Assembly (NCBI RefSeq): GCF_001194135.2
Contig: NC_068983.1
Span: 79,521,752 to 79,585,751 of the forward strand
DNA from: Octopus bimaculoides
Lineage: Eukaryota
DNA: 64,000 nt
Direction of reading: 5' to 3'
Positions within the stretch are counted from its first letter, which is position 1. Every line of letters begins with the position of its first letter. The translations under genes and the position numbers were made by a program. Shown here one piece after another: positions 1-11,699 of the stretch. The notes beneath the pieces are model-generated. The model made no database searches. It saw only the letters and a list, made by a program, of their open reading frames with translations, and was not told where the DNA came from.

Positions 1-270
1 ATACAAGTAGATGTAATCGCCTTACCTCGGTTTTCCTTTCCTCGACTGCGAGTCCGTCTTGCGGTATCCGATCCTTGAAGCTTGCCCCGACCCAAGGTAC
101 ACCAGGTATAGCAGCTGCTTCTCCAAAACCTTCCCAAACCTAGACCGTTGCTTAACACGTCTTGTCCTGACCGCAGCCCCGTTCGAAAAGGGCACGAACG
201 CCGATCGAGGCTCCCTCTGCCCTGTTTCCCCTTCCGGTCGACTCGCCCTTCCGGTCAGCCTCCCCAGACA
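1..270 (-). promoter_or_regulatory. CpG-rich, promoter/first-exon-like segment; probable 5' exon of a minus-strand transcript leaving the window to the left
   Basis: Hand count gives about 57% GC and 21 CpG in 1-255, against an AT-rich background. Two CTTCCGGT (ETS-type CCGGAAG on minus) motifs at 231-238 and 248-255. Minus-strand donor GAG|GTAAGG after position 26. Confidence 0.5.
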
Positions 271-292
271 CTGACATCATACCACACTCTGT

Positions 293-858
293 TGGGTGTG
301 CAGTGTCAATGTGCATGTGTGACAGAGCAGTGTATTGAGAGAAAAGTTAAACATAAGAGGAATTAAATGCAGTGTGTAAGAGAGAAAAGACTGCACTAGC
401 TTGGTCATGGGATGTAGATGGATGAGAACAGTTGCATAAAGAAGTATTGATCACTTAAAGTGGTGGGATGTAGCGCAAGATGGAGGCCCATGAATGTCAG
501 TCTTAAAACACCAAGCCTTATGAAGAAAATGACAAATAACCTAGATTTGTGGCACATTGCTGTACTCAAGAAGACGAAGACCTGCCCACCACACCAGAAT
601 TGATATCCTAAAACCAAGGTGCCATGTAAAAAGCATTGGTGCTGGTACCACATATAAATCACAGGTGTTTGTGCCATTTAAAAAGCACTGGTGATGGTGC
701 CACATAAACAGTACTAGTGGTGTTGCCATATAAAAACCACCCAGTACACTCTGTGAATTGGTTGGTATTAGGAAAGGCATCCAGCTGTAGATACCAAGCC
801 AAAACAGACTGTGGAACCTGGCCTTGTCTTGCATGATAAACAGTCATTAAACGATGAT
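293..858 (+). mobile_element. 5'-truncated, decayed RTE-clade LINE 3' end (RT C-terminus, 3'UTR, (GAT)n tail)
   Basis: Broken translations WVCSVNVHV*QSSVLREKLNIRGIKCSV*, EKRLH*LGHGM*MDENSCIKKY*SLKVVGCSARWRP and SLKTPSLMKKMTNNLDLWHIAVLKKT follow the RTE C-terminal pattern (LREKL..RRLRWxGHVxRMDE..RGRPRKTW..DRxxWR). The 3'UTR has roughly 25-bp GGTGCCAYRTAAAAAGCA-like tandem units (about 615-740) and ends TTAAACGATGATGAT. Confidence 0.75.
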
Positions 859-874
859 GATATATATTATATAT

Positions 875-1015
875 ATTCTTTTACTTGTTTCAATCATTTG
901 ACTGCAGCCATGCTGGAGCACTGACTTAAAGGGTTTTAGTCGAAGAAATCATCCCTAGGACTTATTTTTTGTAAGCCGGGTACTTATTCTATTGGTCTCT
1001 TTTACTGAACTGCTG
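875..1015 (-). mobile_element. SINE 3' fragment (GTAAAAGA-tail type)
   Basis: TTTTACTTGTTTCAATCATTTGACTGCAGCCATGCTGGAGCAC matches the tail of the full copies at 23291 and 60805. Confidence 0.8.
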
Positions 1016-1454
1016 TGAATCAGAAAATAATCCTGGAATAGCTTAACCCGGTTTCACAAACACCTAAATGCTTCTTAATGTACAGTTTTATCTCAATACA
1101 GATTAATTCATTGATGAAAAACCTGTGGTTATAAATGCTTGATTTGAACTTAAGCCACTCAAAATTAATAACTTCATCAACATCACTGGATTAATGCCTG
1201 TTTGATTTAGCTCTTTTGAATCTAAACTTTGTCATAATCTCAAGCCTTTCTTAGCCTATCTCTGTGATGATGCCAATGTTATTATAATCACTTCTAATAT
1301 AGGCATAAGACCAGAAATTTGGTGGAGAGCATTAATTGAATTAATTGAAATGACATCAGTATTTATTTCAATGATAAAGTATACCAAACAGAATGTATTA
1401 AACTATAGAGAAAAAAACCCATTCAAAATTTTTAAAATAATTAATAATACAATA

Positions 1455-1770
1455 GGTAGGGGGGCTCTGAAAGAGGTCTCAGGGAGTAGCGTCCCTGCCT
1501 TCCTGAGCTAGTTTTCCACCACATTTCTTAGAAACTGTGGTAGAGGCCTTAGTCTTGAGACCACTCATGTCTAGAAATAGGTTGGGGGTAGGCAAGGGCA
1601 TGCTTCTCATAGAAAATCCAGCCCCAAAAGAGCCTCATGATAGCAAAGGAGAATGGCACCAAGCCAGCCCAAAGGTTGGGGTGGGCTGCACTTGCCTATC
1701 TTGATTGCTATGGCATTGAGGTAGATCCAGCCACCTCCGTTAACTGGGACAAAAACCGGATTTAAAACAC
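1455..1770. repeat. GC-rich interspersed repeat fragment, unclassified (possibly a SINE/LINE UTR)
   Basis: Abrupt GC increase. Contains GGCAAGGGCATGC, similar to the GGAAGGGCATCC motif of the RTE-type tail. No ORF. Confidence 0.35.
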
Positions 1771-1848
1771 TGGATGAAGATGATAATAACTATATTTTTA
1801 TATAATTTCCACATTATTAATATTATGATAGCGCTGTTTATAATAATA

Positions 1849-2046
1849 GTTTTGAATTTGGGCACAAGGCCAGCAATTTCAGGGAAGGGGATAATTCAAT
1901 TACATCGACCCCAGTTTTCAAATGGTATTTATTTTGTCGACCCCCTAAAGAATGACATGCAAAGTCAACCTTGGCAGAATTTGAACTCAGAATGTAAAGA
2001 TGGATGAAATATTGCTAAGCATTTTGCCTGTCACATTAATGATGCT
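1849..2046 (-). mobile_element. tRNA-derived SINE (GAGCTGGCAGAA-head family)
   Basis: Reverse complement of the copies at 9694 and 17136, including the GAGTTCAAATT B-box-like motif and GGGGTCGA body. Confidence 0.8.
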
Positions 2047-2563
2047 GATTGTCAATATTGAAGGTATTTAACTTAAAGTATGCAAAAAGAAGGCAAGGAA
2101 TTGCAGTGGTAAATCCAAAACTTAATATTTTGTTATTAAACTAAGTATATAGAACAAACACAAAAAAAGGAATCATACTTTAGAGATAGTATTTGTGATA
2201 CACTAGTAACAGAGGGTCCCTTGTAACACTTACTTTTAGAAATACAATGATCCAAGGATTTGTTCTATGGAAATTTGTAACCAATGATGCTGTCATTTCT
2301 CAAATTACAATATTAAAAAAATGTATTAATAAGCCACAGCACTTACATTTTAGAAGAGCTATTTTGGCCATTTCAAAGCAATCAAATTTGTTGCATTCAC
2401 TTTTCATTTATTTCTTGATCAACATATTTGTCACATTACTATCACTGGATCACTTCTGCAGTTGCACTACAACTTGACCAAATTGCAGATGAGCAATAAA
2501 AATTTTGACACCTCAAAAAATTAATGGAAAGTGAATTTAACAGCTTTTTTCCCCTGTTTTTAG

Positions 2564-2583
2564 ATGGCTACAATGGCACTTCT
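2564..2583 (+). CDS. Hypothetical first coding exon (MATMALL) of a putative microprotein gene
   Basis: Strong acceptor TTTTTTCCCCTGTTTTTAG directly followed by ATG. Moderate donor CT|GTGAAT. Phase 2 exit fits exon 5536. Confidence 0.2.
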
Positions 2584-5535
2584 GTGAATAGTTGCTTCAG
2601 AATCACCACACAGTCTTAGATCAAGTCACTTCTTAGACAAATACAACTCTGAAACAACAAAGCTATTTTTCTTAATATTCCAGTTATAGTTTCATGTTGA
2701 TTACTTACTTAGATAAAGCTGTGTATTCCTAAATTTAATTAAATCAAATCATACAATAATTGTATTATAAAGTATATAGCTATAAGACAACCTTGTATAA
2801 TGCCCAATTAAAAAAAAGCATTATAATTAGCTGACAGTGTTGTTACTCATGTAATGATCAGATAATGTTTCTTTGGAATATTACTACAATGATAAGGGAA
2901 GAGAAGCCAACAGAACCCAGCAGAGAGGATTTGGCACTTTCTTTCTTCTGTTGAATTACTACAGAGAACAAATGTCTTCTCTCTGTTAATGGCACTTCAA
3001 TTAATAATTTGACTATCATGAAAAAGCTGCTTGACAAGTTTTAATTTGATGCTGCAATCAACAAAATGAAAATATGCCTAAAAGGTAAAGATTCAACTGC
3101 CACATATGCACACAACATAACTCATTTACTTGTCACTGTAAAAACGAGAATGCTACACTGCTCTGAAAATACCATATCTATACTGCTGACCAAAATATCT
3201 ACAAAGTTGCTGATTCAAGTTTAAGGGTCATCAGTTATTTAAGTTTGGAAACTGATGTATATTATTTTATGTAGAAATCAATAACTAAATAAATGAAATA
3301 TCTTAAAGAAACAATCAGAGAAATACAGAAATAGATGGAAATACAAGAAAACTAATACAATTTAATGATAAGATTTTTACTTTTTATGTAGTTGTGGTGC
3401 TGTTTTGATCATAGAATTCTTTGACATTTATGTTCTTGAGATGGTTACAGGGCATTAACAGCACCACTGGTTCAATACTGTAAAGTACTACAAAACTAAA
3501 GTTATCATTTTAGATTAAGAAATGTTCTTCTTACAATGAATTCTATTTCATCAAGAGACAATTGACTGACACATGAATAGAAGAAAGCACTTCATACACA
3601 AAACTGTTTCATCTCTTTTAATAATTCTTACTTATTGATGCCTGGTCATTCATAGCAGTGCTTTGGTTCATTTCTCTTTTTTTATATATATATATATATA
3701 TGTTATAAATTTCTTCTTTCCATGCCTGAATTTACATCCTAGACAAAATACATTACTTCAAAACTAATGTGTTTTGTATGCATTTTAATGTATTCTTAGA
3801 TTTTACCTAAGAACTTAAAACAAACATTAAGGAGTAGCAATAATAATTTCTAAACATTTATAAGGTAATTTTCTTCAGAATTCTTTTATAATTTACTTTT
3901 GTAATATATTTTTCTGGAAAAACTAACACCTGAAAATATGCTATAATTTCATTTCTTTCATCTCAAACTATATCCAGTCCACATGGCTGAGTGTTTTGGC
4001 TCCACCCCTACCCCATTAGAGTTCTCTGTTCTTTTCCAGTTATTATCATATGTGAACAACTAACTATGTATAACTTGATGGATTTTGTTAGACTACATCA
4101 GTCAACAATAGCGTCAATATAGCAAAGTGATGGCACTTACAATCAACAAGTTTGATATAGCAGAGCTTTTGAGTACTTACATTATGTTATTAAAACTTCT
4201 TATTTGGCTTGGAAGATTGAAAGGCCACTGAAAAGTATAGTATAGATCTAATTCAGAACTGGAAACTACTTAATAACACTATGAATTATAGACTAGCATT
4301 TCACCATTATGGATTTGTTCTATTGATTAAATATAGTGTGTTAGCTTAGTGAAACATTATCATTTCCTAAGATGTTTAGCTAAGTGTATCCCATCTGTGC
4401 TGGTTATGTTGTCCTTAGGATTAGGGCCTGGAATGGTTGGCATTAGGAGGTAATATATTAGAAATTACTTGTAAAATTCTTCTTAGATAATTTATTATCA
4501 AATTGATTGATATATAATATAGCACATCAATACATTTCAAACTTATGTGGTTTTTGAAATGGTATGTAAATATGCATATATGTTTGTTTACATATATATT
4601 GAAAAGGGCAATCAAAGCCAAATGGTTAAGTTTGCTTTGTAAGTATGAAGTCCTGATTTCAATCCTTCCAAGAGGAAGTAGCTCTTCTATCATAGTCTCA
4701 GTTCCACTAAAGCTGTATAAGTGATAGTGAATAAACAAAAACTCTGTGGAAGCTCACAGCATGGAAAGAAACAGTAATTTAAAACAAACGGTTTTGCTAT
4801 TCTCTGTTTCATACTGATTGTGTCTGAAGGTTGGGAATGCATATGACTGTGGAGTATTCAGCCACTTACACTAGAATTCAATGAGTTAGTAGTTAAGTTG
4901 ATTAAAAGCTTTCAATACTCCTCATTGAAACTGACTGAACAATTTTATTTACACACATTGAGTTAAGATATATTAATGGGAGTAGTTATAAAATGGCGTA
5001 CTGAACTGTGTCCATTGTGTCACCTCCGCATCATTCTTTCCATTCATCAAATCCAAGAAATTAAGGGTACAATTATTTTTTATCCAGTTTGTTTACTTAA
5101 TTGAATAATTTAGTGTCAACTCTAATATTTCAAAAACTATTGAAGAAAGTCTTATAAATAATTACTAAACAAAGTTGACGTTTTGTATTTCAAAATATTA
5201 ATTTTACTGCAAGTTATTTCAATATATTCTGGGAAAGTACAGGTTATATGATAAAACAATGTATTAGAGATATAAAATTATGATTTGTCAAACTATTAAC
5301 CTCATCTTTAGAGATGAGATGAAAGATATCTAAATTTATATTATTAATATATTACATTTTGAAAATTTGATCTCGGATCACTATCTGGTTGGTGTTTTAT
5401 TCTTGGATGTGTATATTGTATCAGATAAGATTTGAGCTAAGAACTAAACTAAGGATGGTAATGATCTTATCTATTAGACCACAAAGTTTTGTCCAATTAA
5501 CTTCACAATTTTAGCTATTTATATTAATCTTTCAG

Positions 5536-5623
5536 TAAAGGCAGCCGTATTGAGCAGATGTTACCATTAGCATTGAAGATTATCTTATCAGCAAACATTA
5601 TATTTATTGCTACTTTGATTTTC
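5536..5623 (+). CDS. Candidate exon KGSRIEQMLPLALKIILSANIIFIATLIF (hydrophobic, TM-like)
   Basis: Acceptor ATCTTTCAG, donor TTC|GTAAGT. Only one open frame; phase 2 in, phase 0 out. Confidence 0.35.
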
Positions 5624-7053
5624 GTAAGTTTCCATTTATTTCTTGATCAGTTATTAAAATATCATTCTACAGCAGCATACAACAATAGCCTGATAGATAA
5701 GGTAGTTGTTAAGCTTAGTTCAGAAATAGAGAACCCTAGTTTGAATCCAGTCTGAGATTGAATGCATATCCAGGACTAAGACAGTTGGTGAAACTGATTA
5801 AAACATTATATAGATGTAACTAATGAATAAAATATTCAATTACTGATTAGAAGAAGGTAGCTCTAGTTCAGCATATACTGCTGCATTATACACTCTGTGT
5901 GTCTTCCAGTATTATAGTATACCCAATAGCATGATAATCATTACAAGTTAGAGATGAACTAACATATGACAGTACTTTAGACTTCCAGTATAAATGTCAT
6001 TGTAAAGAATAAGAAAGTGAATATAAGATAAAAAAGATTAACTGATCTTGTATCCAAATTAATGTATAGATCAACTCTGGAATTTCTATGCATAACATAC
6101 ACAAAATTCACACAAAAGTATAATAAATGCTAATACAAATAAGTTGATTTTAGGTATGAAAATTAGTTAGAAATATATTTATGACAATATTTAAAACAAT
6201 AAGTTTTTTTCTTTTTTTTAGCTTAAGGTTATTTAAAGTGTATCAATTCTATGAGCAAGCTAAAGCAGATGTGCTGAGACACACACAATTTACTCTTTAC
6301 ATAGACAAAATACATCCAGCTGCTCAAGTGTTTTCACTTTTAGAAATTTATTAGACTCTGTTATTCAATAAGATGAAATTGGCTTGAAATTTCCAATTTG
6401 AATTGTTTTATGATCATTAATAAAAGACTTTCTCAGGTTTTTATTACATTCCATATCAAACCAAAGAGTATTGCATTCTGTGATTTGAAGTGGAGTATGG
6501 TGTTATCTAAATTGCTCTACAACTTAGCCAGAATTGTTTTCTTGAAAATTTACAGCTTTTGTTACTAAAATGGTATTTCCCTTCTTAAATTTTAAACCAA
6601 CAAGGCAAATGATTACATTCTTAAATTTGCATCTTAAAGATATAAATCTCCCATTAGAGTGGATAATCTTATTTTTGGAAAATCTAAATCTTAGGTTTGG
6701 GAATCTCTTCTGTAATTTAATCTCTTTATAATTATTTTCAGCGGATTGTTTTTAGCATTTTAGAGCTTTTAATATTCAAATTACTTGATATCCATTAAAG
6801 ATCATTTTAATATTCTCCCAATTACATTTGACTCAAATTAATTTAAGCAACTTCTTGGGAAGGGTGAATGAGTTAAATATAGGGTCATACTAAAATAATA
6901 CTTAAAGATGGAATATTCATTGAAGAACTCAGATTCTAGAAATTTGAAGAGTTAAAAGATTGATGAGTTTTCTTATTTCCTTAATTAGCCAAATATTCTT
7001 GCTATTTATTCCATACTATTGACTGAAAATACTTCCTCAAGAATGCTTTTCTC

Positions 7054-7285
7054 TTAACTATTTAGGTATCATGAATCTGTTGGAATACACAGCCTTTACT
7101 TCATTTAATTTTGAAAATAATGAAGAATTTAGTAAATGACTGTCATGATTAATTGGGTGTTTGGAATATAAATCAACAGGAAACTTTGATGAATAGTTTT
7201 AATTTAGATAATTTTAGAGCTGGAAGTTTGTATCATAGACTCAGTGAAGGTTGGGTATCAGGCAGACTGGTATCAAAAGGGTTAA
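7054..7285 (+). mobile_element. piggyBac-like MITE (family B)
   Basis: TTAA at both ends; imperfect TIR TTAACTATTTAGGTATC ... GGTATCAAAAGGGTTAA. Internal TTAATTTTGAAAATAATGAAGAA is shared with the copy at about 51690-51910. Confidence 0.65.
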
Positions 7286-7419
7286 AATAATGTTGCACTC
7301 ACAAGAGATCATATTCAACTTACTCCTTTCTGATTGATATTGATCTATTTTATTCAGTGAAAATCCAATTTCATATTTCTAAACACGATTCAATATACAA
7401 TCTTTGTTGTCTACAATAG

Positions 7420-7476
7420 CACCTGCTATTTAAACTACTTCCACATCAAACTAGTGAGCAAGCCTTCATCCAAAAA
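7420..7476 (+). CDS. Candidate exon HLLFKLLPHQTSEQAFIQK
   Basis: Acceptor TCTTTGTTGTCTACAATAG, donor AAA|GTAAGT; 57 nt, phase 0/0. Confidence 0.33.
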
Positions 7477-7660
7477 GTAAGTACATTTTGAAGAATGTAA
7501 TCTAGGATCGCTACTCTTGAGTCACTTTTGATCATGGCTTCATTGAATCAGGGCTAACTTTGGGCTAAATAACAGCTGCTTTCCCACCCATTACTGCTTA
7601 CTAGTAACTAATAATATACTTAATGTTCAAGAAATCTTTCTATTGTTTTTATATGCCCAG

Positions 7661-7687
7661 GGTTTTATTTGTGCAACACCGTTCTGA
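7661..7687 (+). CDS. Candidate terminal coding exon GFICATPF*
   Basis: Acceptor TTGTTTTTATATGCCCAG; TGA at 7685-7687; followed by tandem AATAAA. Confidence 0.3.
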   Translation, partial: GFICATPF

Positions 7688-7721
7688 GTTGAGTGCTTAT
7701 CTACTAACTTACTGTATTCCA

Positions 7722-7755
7722 AATAAAATAAATGTTTGCTGTTGTGTTTGAGAGT
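7722..7755 (+). terminator. Putative polyadenylation signal (two overlapping AATAAA plus GU-rich downstream element)
   Basis: AATAAA at 7722-7727 and 7727-7732, then TGTTTGCTGTTGTGTTTG. AATAAA is common by chance in this composition. Confidence 0.3.
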
Positions 7756-9693
7756 TCCCAATATTAACTACTACTTTTATCATACTCATATTTGCTTTTA
7801 TGGGTTTTTTTCTCTTGAACCTACTAGTCATTGTTTCATCCATCTGAAAACTATTACAAGTCAAATGGTGAATACACAAATGAAAACATACTAAAATATC
7901 GCTGCTCACATATTACCATGATTTACAATAGCCACTTCTATAAATACTCACCTGTAATGCAATCTTAAGAGTCTGTTAATTAAAATCTCTTTGCACAAGA
8001 TATGCTAGATGGAATTAATTTTGAGTCCAGCAATATGAAACCTACAATGAAGGTTTTTAATAGTGGTAAGATCAAAATATTCTGTTTAAAACTAATCAGA
8101 TTAGAAGTGATAATTAAAAGAGTTATATTTTGTGCCAGATGAGATGCAAGCAAATACTAGCATTTCCAGCCTTAGATATAAAAATGCCAGTAACATAAAA
8201 CAGCAAACATACAAATCAAACAACAAATTAAGCTCAAACTTGTCTTTTCATAGATTATTAACTTAATTATTCGCAAGGAACTTTATACAATTAATTTATC
8301 CCCCTAAAATATTTGAGCATAATAAGGTTAACTTAAAAGTGTTGACAACAATTTAAAATAGATACACTCAGGTATGCCTCATTTATATTTAATCAAAAGC
8401 TATAAATGTGGATATTTGAAGCACAGTAAATATTCTGCAGTTTATTTCTAGTCAGAGGCAATGAATATAAAGTAACCAGTCATAGTATCTAAACTTGAAA
8501 TATTTTATCTTGTATATGCTTTCTACTTGGGTATAATAATCTTTATCACTTGTTTGTGAGTAATGCTAACTGAAGTAATCCATTTTTTTCAAAGATCCAC
8601 TCTGATTAATTATTCAAGAAAGTGGAAATGTGGATTGTTTCTCCTAATTTTTTGTCTTGGGTTTTGTTTTCAATTTTAAAAGCATTTCATAAATTTATCT
8701 ATTAGTTAAGTTGACCAAGGATGAAATATATACATTCTATGTCACATCCCTTTCTCCAAGACATTAAAAAATATGGGATATCCAGAGATGACAAGTTTAT
8801 GATCAGTTTAGAGGCATAGTAAAAAGTGTAGCTACAGTTGTGAAGGTTTTAGTTTTGTTATTGCATGCATATATGACAAAACTCAAGAGTTCATAAGTTG
8901 ATGAAAAATAAAACTAGAAAGAAATTTAAGTTTATGTTTACTTCATCAAGTAGAGTTTTCTCTCCTTTTAACTTGCCACTACTTATAATCACCAGAAAAA
9001 TAACTTTATTACATCACTATTAATCAACAGAACATAGTTTGTAAAAGCTCCATGACCAATGAGAATGCATTTCTGTATGGTTGGACTAAATGTAATACTC
9101 AGTATAACCAAGTTTATTTATATTCATATATATATATTTTTTCACAATTATTGTATAAATTTAGTTCTTAGGTTTTCTGCTTATTGTCATTGGACTAATA
9201 TTTGTCATTTATTTTATTTCAAATGTATATTTCCAGTTCTTTGTAAACATCTAAACTTTCATCTAAACTATCAACAAGAGAGTTGATAATATGTATATAA
9301 ATATTAATCTGTTGCCTGGTTGATGGACCATGTGAAAAAGATATATTGCTGCAAATCATTGAAGTTATTTATCATGATAGATAAAATTGTACAAATTTAA
9401 AGAATGAAAGAAATAATAGGTCAGTGTAACATGAAGCTTTTGGGAGAAAAGAGGCTTCAGGGACAAAATAATTTTATTCTGTTCATAGTATGTTAGATCT
9501 ACTTAATGGTTGTAGTTTGACTATAAAGTTTTTTTACTTTGTTTATATTTCATAAATTTATAGCCATTAAAATATATATGAAATATCATAAGAGAAACCA
9601 TAAATAAGGAAATCATTGTTATATTTATTTATTATCATTACTGTTGTTATTATTATTATTATTATGATTATTATTATTATTATTATTATTACT

Positions 9694-9907
9694 GAGGCAG
9701 CAAGCTGGCAGAATTGATAGCATGCCGGGCAGAATGCTTAGTGGTATTTCGTCCATCTTCCCATTCTGAGTGCAAATTCTGCAAAGATCAACTTTGCTTT
9801 TCATCCTTTCAGGGTGAATAAAATAAAGTAACAGTTGAGTACTGGGGTCGATGTAATCAGCTATACCCCTCCTCCAAATTTCAGGCCTTGTGCCTATAGT
9901 AGAAAGG

Positions 9908-9951
<44 letters not shown>

Positions 9952-10165
9952 TTAAGGTGGTGAGCTGGAAAAACCAGTTGGATAGAATACCTTATAGTAT
10001 TTGTTCTGAGCATTTACATTGTGAGTTCAAATTCTTGTACAGTCAACTTTGTCTGTCACTCATTCATGGTTGATAAAATAAACTACCAATCAACTACAAG
10101 AATTAAGTTAATTGATTAATCCATCCCCTAGATTTCAAGCCATGTGCCTATGTTAGAAACATTTA
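9694..10165 (+). mobile_element. Two tandem tRNA-derived SINEs (GAGCTGGCAGAA-head family) embedded in (ATT)n
   Basis: Copy 1 at 9694-9910, then (ATT)n, then copy 2 at about 9955-10165. (ATT)n also precedes copy 1. Confidence 0.8.
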
Positions 10166-11087
10166 TGCATCTTTTTGTGATTGCTAAATAAAGTACCAGC
10201 CTATAGTGAAAAAAATACTAGAATTGTTAGTGTTGAACAATATGCTTTGTAGTATTTGTTCTAACTTTAAATTCCGTCTTCTGTTGCTGGCTTCCTCATG
10301 ATGGGAAGAAGAGCTTTCAGGTCTTGCCTAACGGTCCTTCTAATGCCAGATGGAGCCCTGTATCAATAGGAGCACCTCAGTTGCATCAGTGTGTATTCAT
10401 GAATAACCAAGCACTGAAATAGGCATAAGGTTATTTTAAGTGATTGATGGCAGAACTAGTAAAGCACAAAGCAAAATGTTTCATAGAATTAATTTATGCC
10501 TCTGTAAATAAGATTTCAAATTCTGCTTGGGTTGACTTCATTCCTTCTCATCCCATGTTTGATAAGAAATATTCTAGCTAAGGGTTTCTGCTGATACAAT
10601 CTACCTCTCCCACAAGTATGTAGTTATGTTAGAAATCCCACCATCACCTTTATTATCTAATCATTATTCTTGTTTGTAATATTCTGCAATACTCTATAGT
10701 TTACGGCTTTGGGTAAAGTATTTTGGTAGAATCTATAGAGTGGTGAGCAATAAGGCTTTGTAGTATAATTCTGCTGAGGTGAATTTTGTGACCTATTCTT
10801 TTGAGGCCAGTAAAATAAAGTACCAGTCTAGAGCTGAAATTGTTGTAATTCAACTAAAATTTGCTGTCCTTGTGCCTAAATTAGAAACAGGCTTCACTGG
10901 ATAAATGAGTAAAATTTTTTTCACTTGTAAAGCATCTTGTGAGCATAGTGTTTTGTTTCATTTTTAGAAAATTCCTTAACACAAATGCAAAATTTTTATT
11001 TTTCACTTTTATAAATTCATGATGTAACAGAAATAAAGGAAATGAGAAAAACTGTAAATATTTTGTAGTTTGAATATCAAACAAAGA

Positions 11088-11290
11088 TTAACCATTTTGT
11101 TAACTTATTTCTCTTAAAAAGCAATGAAGAAATTAACAAAATACTTTTGCTATTATTAAGATTGTGAATGAAATGTATATTATAATGAAATTTAATTTGA
11201 ATGGAAAGTTTTTATTTATATTACTGTAAAAAGAAGCTTGTATTATAGCACTAGTGACTATTTCAGGTTGGTTGGTATCAAAAGGGTTGA
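11088..11290 (+). mobile_element. piggyBac-like MITE (family B, decayed)
   Basis: TTAACCATTTTGTTAAC ... GGTTGGTATCAAAAGGGTTGA; right end matches the 7054 copy. Confidence 0.5.
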
Positions 11291-11699
11291 AATATAAAAT
11301 ATATACAAGATGAAATTTACTGAAGAAATGGAATTGTAATTATTTTATGGAGATTGTTACTCATCAAGATTTGTTTTATAGTCTTTAGCTAATTAATCTT
11401 TATATAATTGAAAAACAAATTAATATATACCCAATTTATAATCTACTAAAATGCAAAGCATTATTTATTTCACCTTAATACCCTGCCTCAGTTTTTTTCG
11501 ATCTGAGTAACAGAAAACTTGTGATTTTAAAGATTGTAATTTTTCAGACAATTAATTTCATCTTTAAATTTGAAAAGGTCTTTTTATTATTTACATTTGT
11601 GTTCTGTTTTGATGGTCATAATCTTATTCCTGAATATGTACATTGCATCGGTCAATAATGGAACATGGAAACTTTATTTCTAAAAATAGAAAAGAGGGT

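Noticed and set aside
600-745. CRISPR-like spaced repeats
   Set aside because: Eukaryotic context; the units are degenerate tandem repeats inside the RTE 3'UTR, with no unique spacers or cas genes.
3390-4110. Kinase-like peptides YVLEMVTG and IICEQLTMYNLMDFVR on plus
   Set aside because: Wrong subdomain order, bounded by stops, no usable donors.
3384-4227. Minus-strand exon candidates 4227-4181 (WPFNLPSQIRSFNNI) and about 3478-3384
   Set aside because: Good splice signals, but 4227-4181 is not phase-compatible with 7843-7713 and gives no recognisable protein; consistent with chance.
4421-4738. 105-aa minus-strand ORF
   Set aside because: Overlaps a decayed SINE-head-like sequence on the plus strand; no recognisable motif.
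7066-7131. Exon-like GIMNLLEYTAFTSFNFENNEEF
   Set aside because: Lies inside the TTAA-flanked MITE 7054-7285.
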